A stretch of 62,864 nucleotides of DNA, counting the filler, from Deltaproteobacteria bacterium (GTDB lineage: Bacteria; JACQOV01): the NCBI GenBank assembly GCA_016202395.1. It is 5 parts of 5 records of this genome, joined end to end, with 100 filler letters (N's around TTAATTAATTAA, not from the genome) between each part and the next. Parts side by side here need not be neighbours in the genome. Positions count along the whole stretch, not along the records: positions 1 to 15,514 come from JACQOV010000062.1; positions 15,615 to 38,409 come from JACQOV010000003.1; 3 more parts are not named here. One strand, written 5' to 3'. The notes below the pieces were generated by a model. That model saw only the letters and a program-made list of their open reading frames with translations. It ran no database searches and was not told the origin of the DNA. Of this stretch, positions 8,711 to 17,585 are shown in pieces. The translations under genes and the position numbers were made by a program. How positions within the stretch are numbered: the stretch's first letter is position 1; the number at the start of each line of letters is the position of its first letter.

Positions 8711-10063
8711 ATGAAGAAGGTCTACATTCAAACTTTGGGTTGTCAGATGAATGAGTACGATTCGCAGCGGGCTCTAGGTCTTTTGGCTGCGGAGCAGTAT
8801 CTTCCTACCGAAGATCCTCAGGAGGCCGATCTCATATTCTTAAATACTTGCACGGTGCGGGAAAAGCCGGAACAAAAGGTGTACAGCCATCTGGGAGAGT
8901 TTCAATCGATCAAAAAGGGGCGACCGGAGGTAATATTGGCGGTTGCGGGTTGTGTGGCGCAGCAAGAGGGGGAGGAGCTTTTAAAAAGGGTTCCCTATCT
9001 CGACCTCGTGATCGGAACGCACAATCTTCACCAGCTTCCACGTCTCGTCCAGGAGATTCAAGAGTCGGGAGAACGTCGCGCGGTCACCGATTTCCATAAA
9101 GATGTGGATTCTCGATTTCTCAATCTTGTCTCCGATCGACTTCCCAATCCGATTTCATCATTTCTCACGATTATGGAAGGATGTGACAAGTTTTGCGCCT
9201 TTTGCGTTGTTCCCTATGTTCGAGGCCGTGAACTCAGTCGACCTGCGGAAAAGATTATCGAAGAGGTCGAACAGAGAGTGGAGCAGGGGGTTAAAGAGAT
9301 CACTCTGCTCGGTCAAAACGTGAATTCTTATGGCAAGAAAGGAGAGACCTCGCTGCGGTTTGTCGATCTTTTAAGAAGGATCGATGCGATCCCTAAGCTG
9401 GAGCGAATTCGTTTCACCTCTTCCTATCCGAGAGATTTTGATGAAGAGCAGATGAGCTGTTTTAGAGATTTGTCCAAACTGTGTGAGCATCTCCATTTGC
9501 CGGTTCAATCCGGATCGAATCGGATCTTAGAAAAGATGAGAAGAAAGCATAGTCGTGAAGATTATCTTGAAAAGATTGAGAGATTTCGTGAGCTTTGTCC
9601 TGAGGCGGCCATTTCAACCGACCTTATCGTCGGTTTTCCAGGGGAGACGGAACAAGATTTTCAAGACACCTTAAGTTTGGTGGAGCAGATTCAATTTGAC
9701 TCTTCGTTCTGTTTCCAATACTCTTCTCGTCCAGAGACCCCGGCGGCTTCTTATGAAGAGCAGGTGCCTGAAGAAGTGAAAAAAGAGAGGCTCCAGATTT
9801 TACTAGAGCTGCAAAATCAGGTGACTCGTGATAGACTTGAAAAGAAGATTGGCGCCGTAGGAGAGGTTTTAGTCGAGCGCGTAACGCCGAAGCAAGAGGG
9901 ATGGGTGCGTGGGAGATTGCGGACCAATGAGTGGGTTCATCTTCAGGGGACCGCTTCTTGGATAGGAAAAAAAGTGAACGTTGTGATTGAAGAGGCTCTG
10001 GGTCATAGTTTCAGAGGGAAAGAAGTCGAATCGGATCTAAAAAGGAGGACGGTATGCTTTTAG
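8711..10063 (+). CDS. miaB: tRNA-2-methylthio-N6-dimethylallyladenosine synthase
   Basis: GCQMNEYDS, NTCTVRE, CDKFCAFC radical SAM motif, DLIVGFPGET, C-terminal TRAM. Confidence 0.95.
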   Translation: MKKVYIQTLGCQMNEYDSQRALGLLAAEQYLPTEDPQEADLIFLNTCTVREKPEQKVYSHLGEFQSIKKGRPEVILAVAGCVAQQEGEELLKRVPYLDLVIGTHNLHQLPRLVQEIQESGERRAVTDFHKDVDSRFLNLVSDRLPNPISSFLTIMEGCDKFCAFCVVPYVRGRELSRPAEKIIEEVEQRVEQGVKEITLLGQNVNSYGKKGETSLRFVDLLRRIDAIPKLERIRFTSSYPRDFDEEQMSCFRDLSKLCEHLHLPVQSGSNRILEKMRRKHSREDYLEKIERFRELCPEAAISTDLIVGFPGETEQDFQDTLSLVEQIQFDSSFCFQYSSRPETPAASYEEQVPEEVKKERLQILLELQNQVTRDRLEKKIGAVGEVLVERVTPKQEGWVRGRLRTNEWVHLQGTASWIGKKVNVVIEEALGHSFRGKEVESDLKRRTVCF

Positions 10064-10557
10064 AAATGAGGGTTTCGATATTGACCATCGATCCCTTTAC
10101 TCATACTCCCATCGTGATCCTCAAAGACCTTGAAGGGAAGAACGCCGTTCCCATCTGGATTGGGATCATGGAGGCCAGCGCCATCGCCACGGAGCTTGAA
10201 AAGATCCGACTTTCTCGTCCCATGACGCACGATCTCTTTAAGAATGTTTTGGACTCCACCTCGGTCCGATTGGAGAAGATCGTTCTCACCGACCTGAAAG
10301 ACAATACCTACTATGCCTCGCTCTATCTGAATCGAGAACAGAAGGAGGTTGTGATCGATTCTCGGCCTTCCGATGCGATCGCTTTGGCTTTGAGGAGCGG
10401 TTCTCCTATTTATGTGGATGAGAAGGTCATCGCCAAGTCTCAGAAGATCGATCTTCAGCAGAGGGTTCAAGGAGAGAGTGAAGAGGAGATGAAAAAAAGG
10501 TGGGAAGAGTTTCTCGAGAGCATGAATCCGGAAGATTTTGGAAAGTACAAGATGTGA
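10054..10557 (+). CDS. Bifunctional nuclease (DUF151) family protein
   Basis: PIWIG..EA, RPMTHDL, IDSRPSDAIALALR. Confidence 0.92.
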   Translation: MLLEMRVSILTIDPFTHTPIVILKDLEGKNAVPIWIGIMEASAIATELEKIRLSRPMTHDLFKNVLDSTSVRLEKIVLTDLKDNTYYASLYLNREQKEVVIDSRPSDAIALALRSGSPIYVDEKVIAKSQKIDLQQRVQGESEEEMKKRWEEFLESMNPEDFGKYKM

Positions 10558-10919
10558 GCAAGAAAAACCTTCTAGCGTGGATTCCCTTCGTTCTTTATTG
10601 TGCTTTGATATTCTATTTCTCTTCGCAACCGGAGTGGCCTTCTCCCTTGCAGAAATTTAAAGCTTCCGACAAGGTGTTGCATTTTGTGGAATATGGAATC
10701 TTGGGTTTTCTTTGGATGTTGGGGGTGTGGAGGAGTCGATTCAGGAATTCATGGGTGTGGATAGGTGGGATCTTTTTTATCCTTCTTTTCGGAGCGAGCG
10801 ACGAATGGCATCAATCGTTTGTGGTCGGCCGAGAGATGGCTCTGGGGGATTGGGTCGCCGATAGTTTAGGAGGGATCGTGGGGCTTTTCGCAGCACATCT
10901 TGTGCCGTTTGGCAAATAA
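10554..10919 (+). CDS. VanZ family membrane protein
   Basis: DKVLHFVEYGILG, DEWHQSFVVGR, DWVADSLG; GTG start overlapping upstream stop. Confidence 0.88.
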   Translation: MSKKNLLAWIPFVLYCALIFYFSSQPEWPSPLQKFKASDKVLHFVEYGILGFLWMLGVWRSRFRNSWVWIGGIFFILLFGASDEWHQSFVVGREMALGDWVADSLGGIVGLFAAHLVPFGK

Positions 10920-10996
10920 CCCCCAAATATTGTGCACTTTGGCTTTACAGGCCTTTATCTTCATGGTATCATGCCCACAAATACCTTCCATTAATC

Positions 10997-13900
10997 ATGA
11001 GAATCCGAAGCATTGAGATTCAGGGATTTAAGTCGTTTGCAGATCGCACCCGAATAGACCTCCATGAGGGGATTACGGGCATTGTGGGGCCGAATGGTTG
11101 TGGGAAAAGTAATATTGTCGATGCTATTCGATGGGCGTTAGGGGAGAGCAGCGCCAAGAGGCTTCGGGGTGAAAATATGGAGGAGCTTCTTTTTAACGGA
11201 ACCGCCGCGCGTCCTTCCGAGGGATTTTCCGAGGTCGCTTTAACCTTTGTGCGAGAAAATGGGGCTTCCTCTATCGAGGAGGAATCTCCACTCTCCGAAT
11301 TTACCGAGGTGGAGGTGACTCGACGCCTCCATCGTTCCGGGGAGGGGGAGTATCTTCTCAACAAAGTTCCCTGTCGGTTGCGCGACGTTCGCGAGCTTTT
11401 TGTCGACACGGGGATTGGGAGCCGAGCTTACTCCATCGTGGAGCAAGGGCACATCTCGGCCATTATCACGGCCAAGCCAGAAGATCTTCGTGTTTATTTT
11501 GAGGAGGCGGCAGCTATCGGAAAGTTTAAGTGGCGACGCCAAGAGGCTGAGAAAAAATTGGAGGCAGCCGGCCAAAATCTTCTTCGGGTTCAAGACATCC
11601 TTTCTGAGATCCAACGACAGATGCGGGCCCTCGATCGGCAAGCCCGTAAAGCGGAGCGCTATAAAAAATTAAAGGCGGAACAGAAAGAGATCGATCTTTC
11701 ACTGGTGAAAGAGAACTTTGAGGAGCTCCAGGAGAGACTACAGGCCCGACATGGAGAGCTATCGGAAGTAAAGGAAGCGCTTCAAAAGTTCGATGCGGGG
11801 CTTCGTGAAAAAGAGGCGTTTTTGGCTCAACTTCGATCTCGGCAAGGCGATTTTCAAAATTCCGTGCAATCTCAGCAAAATCTTCTCTTTGAGCTTCATG
11901 GAGAGATACAGAGGCTCGATCAGGAGTGCGCTTTTCTTGAGAAAGAGATGGAGCGCCTTGAGCGCGTGGAGGAAGAGGATCGGGGAATCCTTGCCAATTT
12001 GGGGTTGGAAGTAGAGCGGTGTAAAGAGGAGGTCGAGCGTTTGCAGAAAGAGCTTAACGATCGGGTTGAAAAAATTGACGGAAGGCGGCAGGAGGTCCGA
12101 ATTTTGGAACAGGAATTGGAGGAGACGGAGGCTCGATTCAAGGAGGGAGAAGAGAGACTTCAGCATCTCTCAGAGGGGCGGTTTGAGGTTTTAGCGGAGC
12201 AGGCTCGATGCCGGAATACGCAGGCTTTGCTGGAGAAGGGGCTTGAGGAGCTTTCGCAACGTCGCGCAGGAAGCGAAGAGGAGCGACAGAAAGCTCTCTT
12301 GGAAAAAGATCGTGTCAACGCCGATCTTCAAAAGAGTGAGAAGAGGCACAGCGAAGCTCTGGCCCGTTGCAAGGAACAAGAGGATCAGATCCGCTCCATG
12401 GGTGAGGCCGAAGAGAGGTTGAACGAAAAACTTCAACGGGTGAGCCAGCAGCTAGAGGTCAAAACCCAATCGAAGCTGGAGTTGGGCTCCCGTTTGAAAT
12501 CGCTTCGTGAGTTGGAGGCGGAGTACACCTCCTATGAGGATGGGGTTCGAACCCTCATGAAAGAGCGAGCGCAGGGGGTGGAAAACGTCGTTAGAGGGAT
12601 TGTGGCCGATGCTTTAGAGGTTCCCAAACAGTACGAGCTTGCGGTGGAAGCAGCGCTGGGGAATCGTTTGCAGAACATGATTGTTGAGAGTGAAGAACAA
12701 GGGGTCGCGGCCGTGGAGTATTTGAAGAGTCGAGGGGTGGGACGTGGGACTTTTATCCCTATTCAGTTAAAAGGGATTGAGTCTTCCGAATATACAAAAG
12801 AGGAACGAGCGGAGGTGATTGCTCCGCTCATGGAGGCGGTGCAGATAAGACAGGAGTTTGCGCCAGTCGTCCAGTTTTTATTGAAGGATGCAGTGGTGGT
12901 TAAGGATCTGGCGGTTGCCCATCAACTTTGGAAGAAAAATGGCCACCGGCAGGTTTTGGTGACGCTAGAGGGGGATCTCGTGGATCCCTATGGGGTGGTC
13001 ACAGGGGGAAGGTCCGAGGCAACGTCGGGGATTTTGCCTCGTCGCAGAGAGATTCGAGAACTTGAAGAGGAACTGATTGCGGTGAGTCGAGATTGTCAAC
13101 GGTTGGAGACGGATAAGCAAAATTTAGCGCGGGAGTTGGATCAAATCCGCGAGAGATTGCGTCAAGGAGTGACAACCTCGACTCAAGGGACCATCGATCG
13201 GAGGGGATTAGAACAGGAGATCGAACAACTTCGTCGTGAATTCCAAAGGTTTTCCGAACAGTTGGAGACGCTCCACTTGAATTTACAGCGGATAGTGGCT
13301 GGAGAGGAGGAGAGCCAAGGCCAACTCGAAGCGGCCCGGCGTTCTTTAGCTCAAGCCACAGAACAAGAGGGATCGATTCACCAGGAAGCGCAGAGCATCA
13401 AGCAGGGTTTAGAGGAGCTGCGACCTCATGTGGAGGCCCTTCAAAAAAAACTCACTGAAAAAAAGGTGGAATTGGCCTCCGAAGAGGAAAGAACGGAATC
13501 GCTTCGGAAAGAGTTTTCGTTGCAAGTGCGCAACGAGCACGAACTTCTCAACCGGAGGAGTGATATCGAAGCAAGGATACAAAGTTATCAAAAGGAGCGG
13601 GAGCGCTCTCATCGTGAACACGAGGAGAAGGCAAGGATTTCGGAGTTGAAGAAGGTGGAAAAAGAGCAGAAGCAGAAAGAGTTCACTCAACTCCAACAGG
13701 AATTCACTCAGATCGACTCAAAGATTCGAGCGCTCGAGGAAGAGATTCGCGCCTCTCGGCAACAGAGGGATGGGGAAAAGGAGAAGGTTCATCGATGGGA
13801 GCTAGAGATTGTCGATTGGGAGTCCAAGCGGGATCGGATGGTCGAGGCGATGCAGCAGAAGTACCAAACCGATCTAGAGAGTTATGAAATTCCTAATCCA

Positions 13901-14560
13901 GAGACTCTTTCCCCTCGAGTGGAAAGAGAACAACGTTTAGCCGAGCTCGAGCAGAAATTAGGAGAGCTGGGAGAGGTTTCTTTGGGAGCCCTTGAAGAAT
14001 ATGGGGAATTGCAACGACGCGAGGAGTTTTTGTCGAAGCAGAAAGCCGATCTGGATCAGTCGATTCTTTCGTTGAGAGAGGCCATTCGAAAGATGGAGCG
14101 GACCACGCGTGACCGTTTTCATGAGACCTACCAGGCTGTTAACGAGCAGTTTAAGCAACTTTTCCCGAAGCTATTTCGAGGGGGAAGGGCGGAGCTTGTT
14201 TTAACGAACCCTGACAATTATGCGGAGACGGGGGTGGATATCATTGTTCAACCCCCTGGAAAGAAACTTCAGAATATTCAACTCCTCTCGGGGGGAGAAA
14301 AAGCTTTGTCAGCTCTCTCTCTCATCTTCTCTTTCTTTTTGGTGAAGCCGAGTCCCTTTTGTTTGCTCGATGAGGTGGATGCTCCGTTGGATGATGCCAA
14401 TATTGGGCGTTTTACAGACATGGTCCGAGAAATGACATCGAGAACTCAATTCTTGATTATTACTCACAACAAGAAAACGATGGAGATTGCCAACACTCTC
14501 TATGGTGTGACGATGCAGCAGGCAGGGGTCTCCAAACTCCTCTCCGTCAACCTCGTTTAG
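10997..14560 (+). CDS. smc: Chromosome segregation protein SMC
   Basis: GPNGCGKSN Walker A, long coiled coils, hinge (GRGTFIP, GVVTGG), LSGGEK, LLDEVDAPLD. Confidence 0.97.
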   Translation: MRIRSIEIQGFKSFADRTRIDLHEGITGIVGPNGCGKSNIVDAIRWALGESSAKRLRGENMEELLFNGTAARPSEGFSEVALTFVRENGASSIEEESPLSEFTEVEVTRRLHRSGEGEYLLNKVPCRLRDVRELFVDTGIGSRAYSIVEQGHISAIITAKPEDLRVYFEEAAAIGKFKWRRQEAEKKLEAAGQNLLRVQDILSEIQRQMRALDRQARKAERYKKLKAEQKEIDLSLVKENFEELQERLQARHGELSEVKEALQKFDAGLREKEAFLAQLRSRQGDFQNSVQSQQNLLFELHGEIQRLDQECAFLEKEMERLERVEEEDRGILANLGLEVERCKEEVERLQKELNDRVEKIDGRRQEVRILEQELEETEARFKEGEERLQHLSEGRFEVLAEQARCRNTQALLEKGLEELSQRRAGSEEERQKALLEKDRVNADLQKSEKRHSEALARCKEQEDQIRSMGEAEERLNEKLQRVSQQLEVKTQSKLELGSRLKSLRELEAEYTSYEDGVRTLMKERAQGVENVVRGIVADALEVPKQYELAVEAALGNRLQNMIVESEEQGVAAVEYLKSRGVGRGTFIPIQLKGIESSEYTKEERAEVIAPLMEAVQIRQEFAPVVQFLLKDAVVVKDLAVAHQLWKKNGHRQVLVTLEGDLVDPYGVVTGGRSEATSGILPRRREIRELEEELIAVSRDCQRLETDKQNLARELDQIRERLRQGVTTSTQGTIDRRGLEQEIEQLRREFQRFSEQLETLHLNLQRIVAGEEESQGQLEAARRSLAQATEQEGSIHQEAQSIKQGLEELRPHVEALQKKLTEKKVELASEEERTESLRKEFSLQVRNEHELLNRRSDIEARIQSYQKERERSHREHEEKARISELKKVEKEQKQKEFTQLQQEFTQIDSKIRALEEEIRASRQQRDGEKEKVHRWELEIVDWESKRDRMVEAMQQKYQTDLESYEIPNPETLSPRVEREQRLAELEQKLGELGEVSLGALEEYGELQRREEFLSKQKADLDQSILSLREAIRKMERTTRDRFHETYQAVNEQFKQLFPKLFRGGRAELVLTNPDNYAETGVDIIVQPPGKKLQNIQLLSGGEKALSALSLIFSFFLVKPSPFCLLDEVDAPLDDANIGRFTDMVREMTSRTQFLIITHNKKTMEIANTLYGVTMQQAGVSKLLSVNLV

Positions 14561-14982
14561 GCTTTCCCCAATGGGTCCATCTTCAAGGCCTGATAATCCA
14601 GAAATTCTCTGGGATTTAAAATTTTCAAGGGTTCTGGAGGCTTGCCATAGTCCTTTTTATTTCCGGTGATTAAAACGTTCGCATTCCCCGCAAGCGCTAC
14701 CTCCAGAAAAGGGAGGTCGCTGACATCGGGAATTGCGAAGGGGAGTGGGGTGGCGATGACAAATTCTCCCATCTGATCGATCACCTCCATGAGCTCATTC
14801 ACATCTTCTTCATCAAATCCAAATTTGGGTCGCTTGAGTACCGCTTGGTATTCATCGAGGATTCGTTCATCGATTAGAATGGCCACAGCTTCTTGTAGAA
14901 TGAGATTCAATACCCTAGCGGAAGGGCCTTGAGAGGTTAAAAGAGCCGACACAAGAACGTTGGTATCCAGAACAACTCTCAC
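14557..14982 (-). CDS. PIN-domain toxin (PIN_3/VapC-like)
   Basis: MRVVLDTNVLVSALL, DLPFLEVA, LITGNKKDY. Confidence 0.9.
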   Translation of the reverse strand: MRVVLDTNVLVSALLTSQGPSARVLNLILQEAVAILIDERILDEYQAVLKRPKFGFDEEDVNELMEVIDQMGEFVIATPLPFAIPDVSDLPFLEVALAGNANVLITGNKKDYGKPPEPLKILNPREFLDYQALKMDPLGKA

Positions 14983-15266
14983 GAACGGCGCTCCATCCGC
15001 GCCTTCTTAATCTCGTTATCAATCTCTTTGAGCGTCATTCGACCCGATCCTCGTTTTTGTGCTGTTTTTCTCATCTTACGGATGATCCATCCTGCCCTGG
15101 TTCGACGAACCGCCGCTAGGATCTCTTCGAGATTGCTTGAAGAGATCCCCGTCATCAAAGCCACCGGTCTCCCGTTGGAAGTAACAATTAGATCTTTTTC
15201 CTTCTCTAGTTTTTCCCATACCTTGCCGGTATAAATCCTCAAATCTCTGACGCTCACAAATTCCAT
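14979..15266 (-). CDS. Phd/YefM-like antitoxin
   Basis: FVSVRDLR...LIVTSNGRPVALM; overlaps toxin start. Confidence 0.85.
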   Translation of the reverse strand: MEFVSVRDLRIYTGKVWEKLEKEKDLIVTSNGRPVALMTGISSSNLEEILAAVRRTRAGWIIRKMRKTAQKRGSGRMTLKEIDNEIKKARMERRS

Positions 15267-15304
15267 ATTTCCTCCTTAGTTGGACACCTTAATGTAGCTC
15301 AGAA

Positions 15305-15333
15305 AGGATAACATTTAAGTAACGATATGTCAA
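15305..15333 (-). promoter_or_regulatory. sigma70 promoter of TA operon
   Basis: Minus strand TTGACA-17 nt-TATCCT. Confidence 0.7.
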
Positions 15334-15350
15334 CGTTTTCGGCAAAGACT

Positions 15351-15428
15351 AGGGGTCAGGTCGCGTGTTGAACAATTCTGGCGTTGCCAAGTACGAGTCC
15401 ACACGCGACTTGATCCTCTTATGACCCC
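15351..15428. repeat. Imperfect palindrome (GGGGTCAGGTC...GACCTGACCCC type REP-like)
   Basis: Arms ggggtcaggtcgcgtgt / acacgcgacttgatcct pair with G-U mismatches. Confidence 0.55.
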
Positions 15429-15437
15429 ATAGAGGTG

Positions 15438-15514
15438 CTGAAGAGGTTGAGATACATCGGTAACAGTGGGAGTATTGATGGGAAGATGGGGTAGAGGGAG
15501 GTATAGTGGGGCTA
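15438..15514 (+). mobile_element. Probable IS left end (IS481-like), cut by contig end
   Basis: 76 of 77 nt identical to 48086-48162; both copies run into assembly gaps; TG...ACATCGGTAACA resembles IS481-type ends. Confidence 0.55.
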
Positions 15515-15614
15515 NNNNNNNNNNNNNNNNNNNNNNNNNNNNNNNNNNNNNNNNNNNNTTAATTAATTAANNNNNNNNNNNNNNNNNNNNNNNNNNNNNN
15601 NNNNNNNNNNNNNN
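15515..15614. other. Artificial contig linker
   Basis: N44-TTAATTAATTAA-N44 (stops in six frames). Confidence 0.98.
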
Positions 15615-16093
15615 TCCAGATCTCCCAAAGGGATGCTCCGATTCATTACGGCGTATCGTTTGAGAAGTTCGATCATCTCTTCGTTTACAAGTTCTTTGGA
15701 AATAATGTGAGGTGTGGGGAGCCCTTTTTGTTCTTTATAAATTTCAGGATTCCAGCCACTGAGTTGTCCGCCAAAAATACTAATGGTCTGTCGAACTCCA
15801 GCCCCTGGCGCCATGTAGAGATCTCCCTGGTAGACATTGATAGTTTTCTCAACCTTCGAGGTAGGACTGAGATGAACATTCCCCCCAACAACGGTGATCG
15901 AACCGTGCACCTCCCCATCCACATGAACATTCCCATCGACCACAACAATATCTTGAACTTGCTCTTGAAGATGGAGGTAGACATTACCCCCTTTTTTCAT
16001 CATGGAGTGGAATTCTTCCGCGCCTTGCAACGGAAACAATGGAAGGGAAAGAATCAGAAATCCCATCAATAACAGCTTTTTTAGAGGATACAT
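15615..16093 (-). CDS. Exported/membrane protein with bactofilin-like beta-helix repeats, 3' truncated
   Basis: Signal-like N-terminus; repeated V-V-x-G-N-V-H-x-x-G-x-V units; runs into gap. Confidence 0.6.
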
Positions 16094-16101
16094 CCGCTAC
16101 C

Positions 16102-16584
16102 TCAATTCAATACAAGATCAAAATCGCTCATCCCTTCAACTTTCTTCGGGGAAGTAACAAAGAAAGTATTGTGCTGAGCCAAAATCATCTGTTGATCCAC
16201 CTGAATGAAAGAACCTTCGGCGCTGAGTCGGATATAAATCTCCGGCTCGGTCCTCATCTCTTCAGCGGTCCAAATTCCCACAAAGAAAAGTAAAACGATA
16301 GCAAAACTAGCCCCCACTTTGGCCCATCGGGGAAACCAAATTTTTTTGGTTTCTTCCCGTTCGATTCTTTCGCGCAATGTTTCAAGGAGGCCAGGGACTC
16401 GTGGTTTAAAAATTTCGTTTTGGCGAGTTTGGGTGTAGAGAGAGAGGGAATTTTCAAAATTTTCAACGGCTTTTTGACAGGAGGGGCAATGTTCCATATG
16501 GCGTCTGGCCGCCGCCTCCTTTTTAGGCGACGCGAATTTCTCTTGTGCTAAGGTATGGACTTTCTGAGCCGTTCGACACCACAT
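16102..16584 (-). CDS. Anti-sigma factor (zf-HC2 zinc finger plus TM helix)
   Basis: C...HMEHCPSC (HxxxCxxC), TM segment VGASFAIVLLFFVGIW; downstream of ECF sigma. Confidence 0.8.
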   Translation of the reverse strand: MWCRTAQKVHTLAQEKFASPKKEAAARRHMEHCPSCQKAVENFENSLSLYTQTRQNEIFKPRVPGLLETLRERIEREETKKIWFPRWAKVGASFAIVLLFFVGIWTAEEMRTEPEIYIRLSAEGSFIQVDQQMILAQHNTFFVTSPKKVEGMSDFDLVLN

Positions 16585-16609
16585 ACGCTTTACACCCTCT
16601 CTTAGTAGT

Positions 16610-16637
16610 TAGATGCCAGTACTCTACGAAACGTTCA
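16610..16637 (-). promoter_or_regulatory. Putative ECF sigma promoter 2
   Basis: TGAAC-gtttcgtagagtactgg-CATCTA; same layout as 16953-16980. Confidence 0.7.
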
Positions 16638-16698
16638 CTGAAAAATCAACACAAAGTTTATGTCCTAAAATCATTTTGTTTTCAATGTGTTATATAGT

Positions 16699-16899
16699 TT
16701 ATCCTTTCACGCAGGGTTCTGAAGAGGCCGCATCGGCGGTTTCCTCTCCCTTTTCTGCACATGCCCCGGCTTTCTCTTCCACTGAGGACTGCTGTTCCTG
16801 CTCTACGGCAGTCACCTCCAGAGCGCTCTGGGAGGTTTTGTTCCCAGATCCTGCGGCAAGACTTAGAATAATTCCAATAATTGCAATGACAACTCCCAT
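16699..16899 (-). CDS. Small membrane-anchored acidic protein
   Basis: AAGGAGG RBS, hydrophobic N-terminus, E/A/S-rich tail with two Cys; own ECF-like promoter. Confidence 0.6.
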   Translation of the reverse strand: MGVVIAIIGIILSLAAGSGNKTSQSALEVTAVEQEQQSSVEEKAGACAEKGEETADAASSEPCVKG

Positions 16900-16952
16900 G
16901 TTCGTTTCCTCCTTTGATGTAGATTAGATTACAATTGCCTTTTTCTGATTAT

Positions 16953-16980
16953 TGGATGCCGCGATGATTCGAAACGTTCA
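16953..16980 (-). promoter_or_regulatory. Putative ECF sigma promoter 1
   Basis: TGAAC-gtttcgaatcatcgcgg-CATCCA. Confidence 0.7.
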
Positions 16981-17022
16981 TGGGGTGCTTAGCCCCGCGG
17001 GTCCAAGCCACTGAGGGAATTT

Positions 17023-17577
17023 TTAAAGATGAGGGGTGAGGAGTTTTTCTAATCGCTTGCGGGCGTTAAAAAGGCGAGAACGGACAGTCCCCTCGGGGAC
17101 GCTTAAGATGGCGGCCATTTCAGGAGTTTCTAGATTTTCGTAGTAACGTAGATGCAAAATCAGACGAGATTCTTCAGGCAGCTGATCGAGAAGAGATCGA
17201 ATGAGTGAGGATTGTTCAAAATCGATGAGCTTCTCTTCTGCTGAAGAAAGAGGAGGATCCATTTCCTGCGCCAGTTCCTCTGTCCTTTCTCTCTTCCACC
17301 ACGACCAACGGCGATGTTTCCTCATCTCTTCTAGAGAGGTATTCACCGTAATTCGATAAAGCCAGGTCTTAAAACTGGACTCCCCTTTAAAATCTTTGAG
17401 CTTTTGATAGACCTGGAAAAAAGTCTCTTGAACAACGTCTCCTACCATCGATTCGTCTTTAACAATCGATTGAACTAGGCGAATCGTCTCTTTCTCATAC
17501 TTTTGAACGAGCTGCTCAAAAGCAGCATAGCCTCCATCCAAAATCTTTTGAATTAGAGCGGGATCGTCCAAAACCAT
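17023..17577 (-). CDS. ECF RNA polymerase sigma factor
   Basis: DVVQETF, SSFKTWLYRITVN (region 2), GTVRSRLFNARKRL (region 4). Confidence 0.93.
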   Translation of the reverse strand: MVLDDPALIQKILDGGYAAFEQLVQKYEKETIRLVQSIVKDESMVGDVVQETFFQVYQKLKDFKGESSFKTWLYRITVNTSLEEMRKHRRWSWWKRERTEELAQEMDPPLSSAEEKLIDFEQSSLIRSLLDQLPEESRLILHLRYYENLETPEMAAILSVPEGTVRSRLFNARKRLEKLLTPHL

Positions 17578-17585
17578 TCTATCCT

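Noticed and set aside
15515-15614. TTAATTAATTAA flanked by Ns, four times
   Set aside because: Artificial six-frame-stop contig linker; ORFs ending in it (15563-16093, 48294-48629) are truncated or artefactual.
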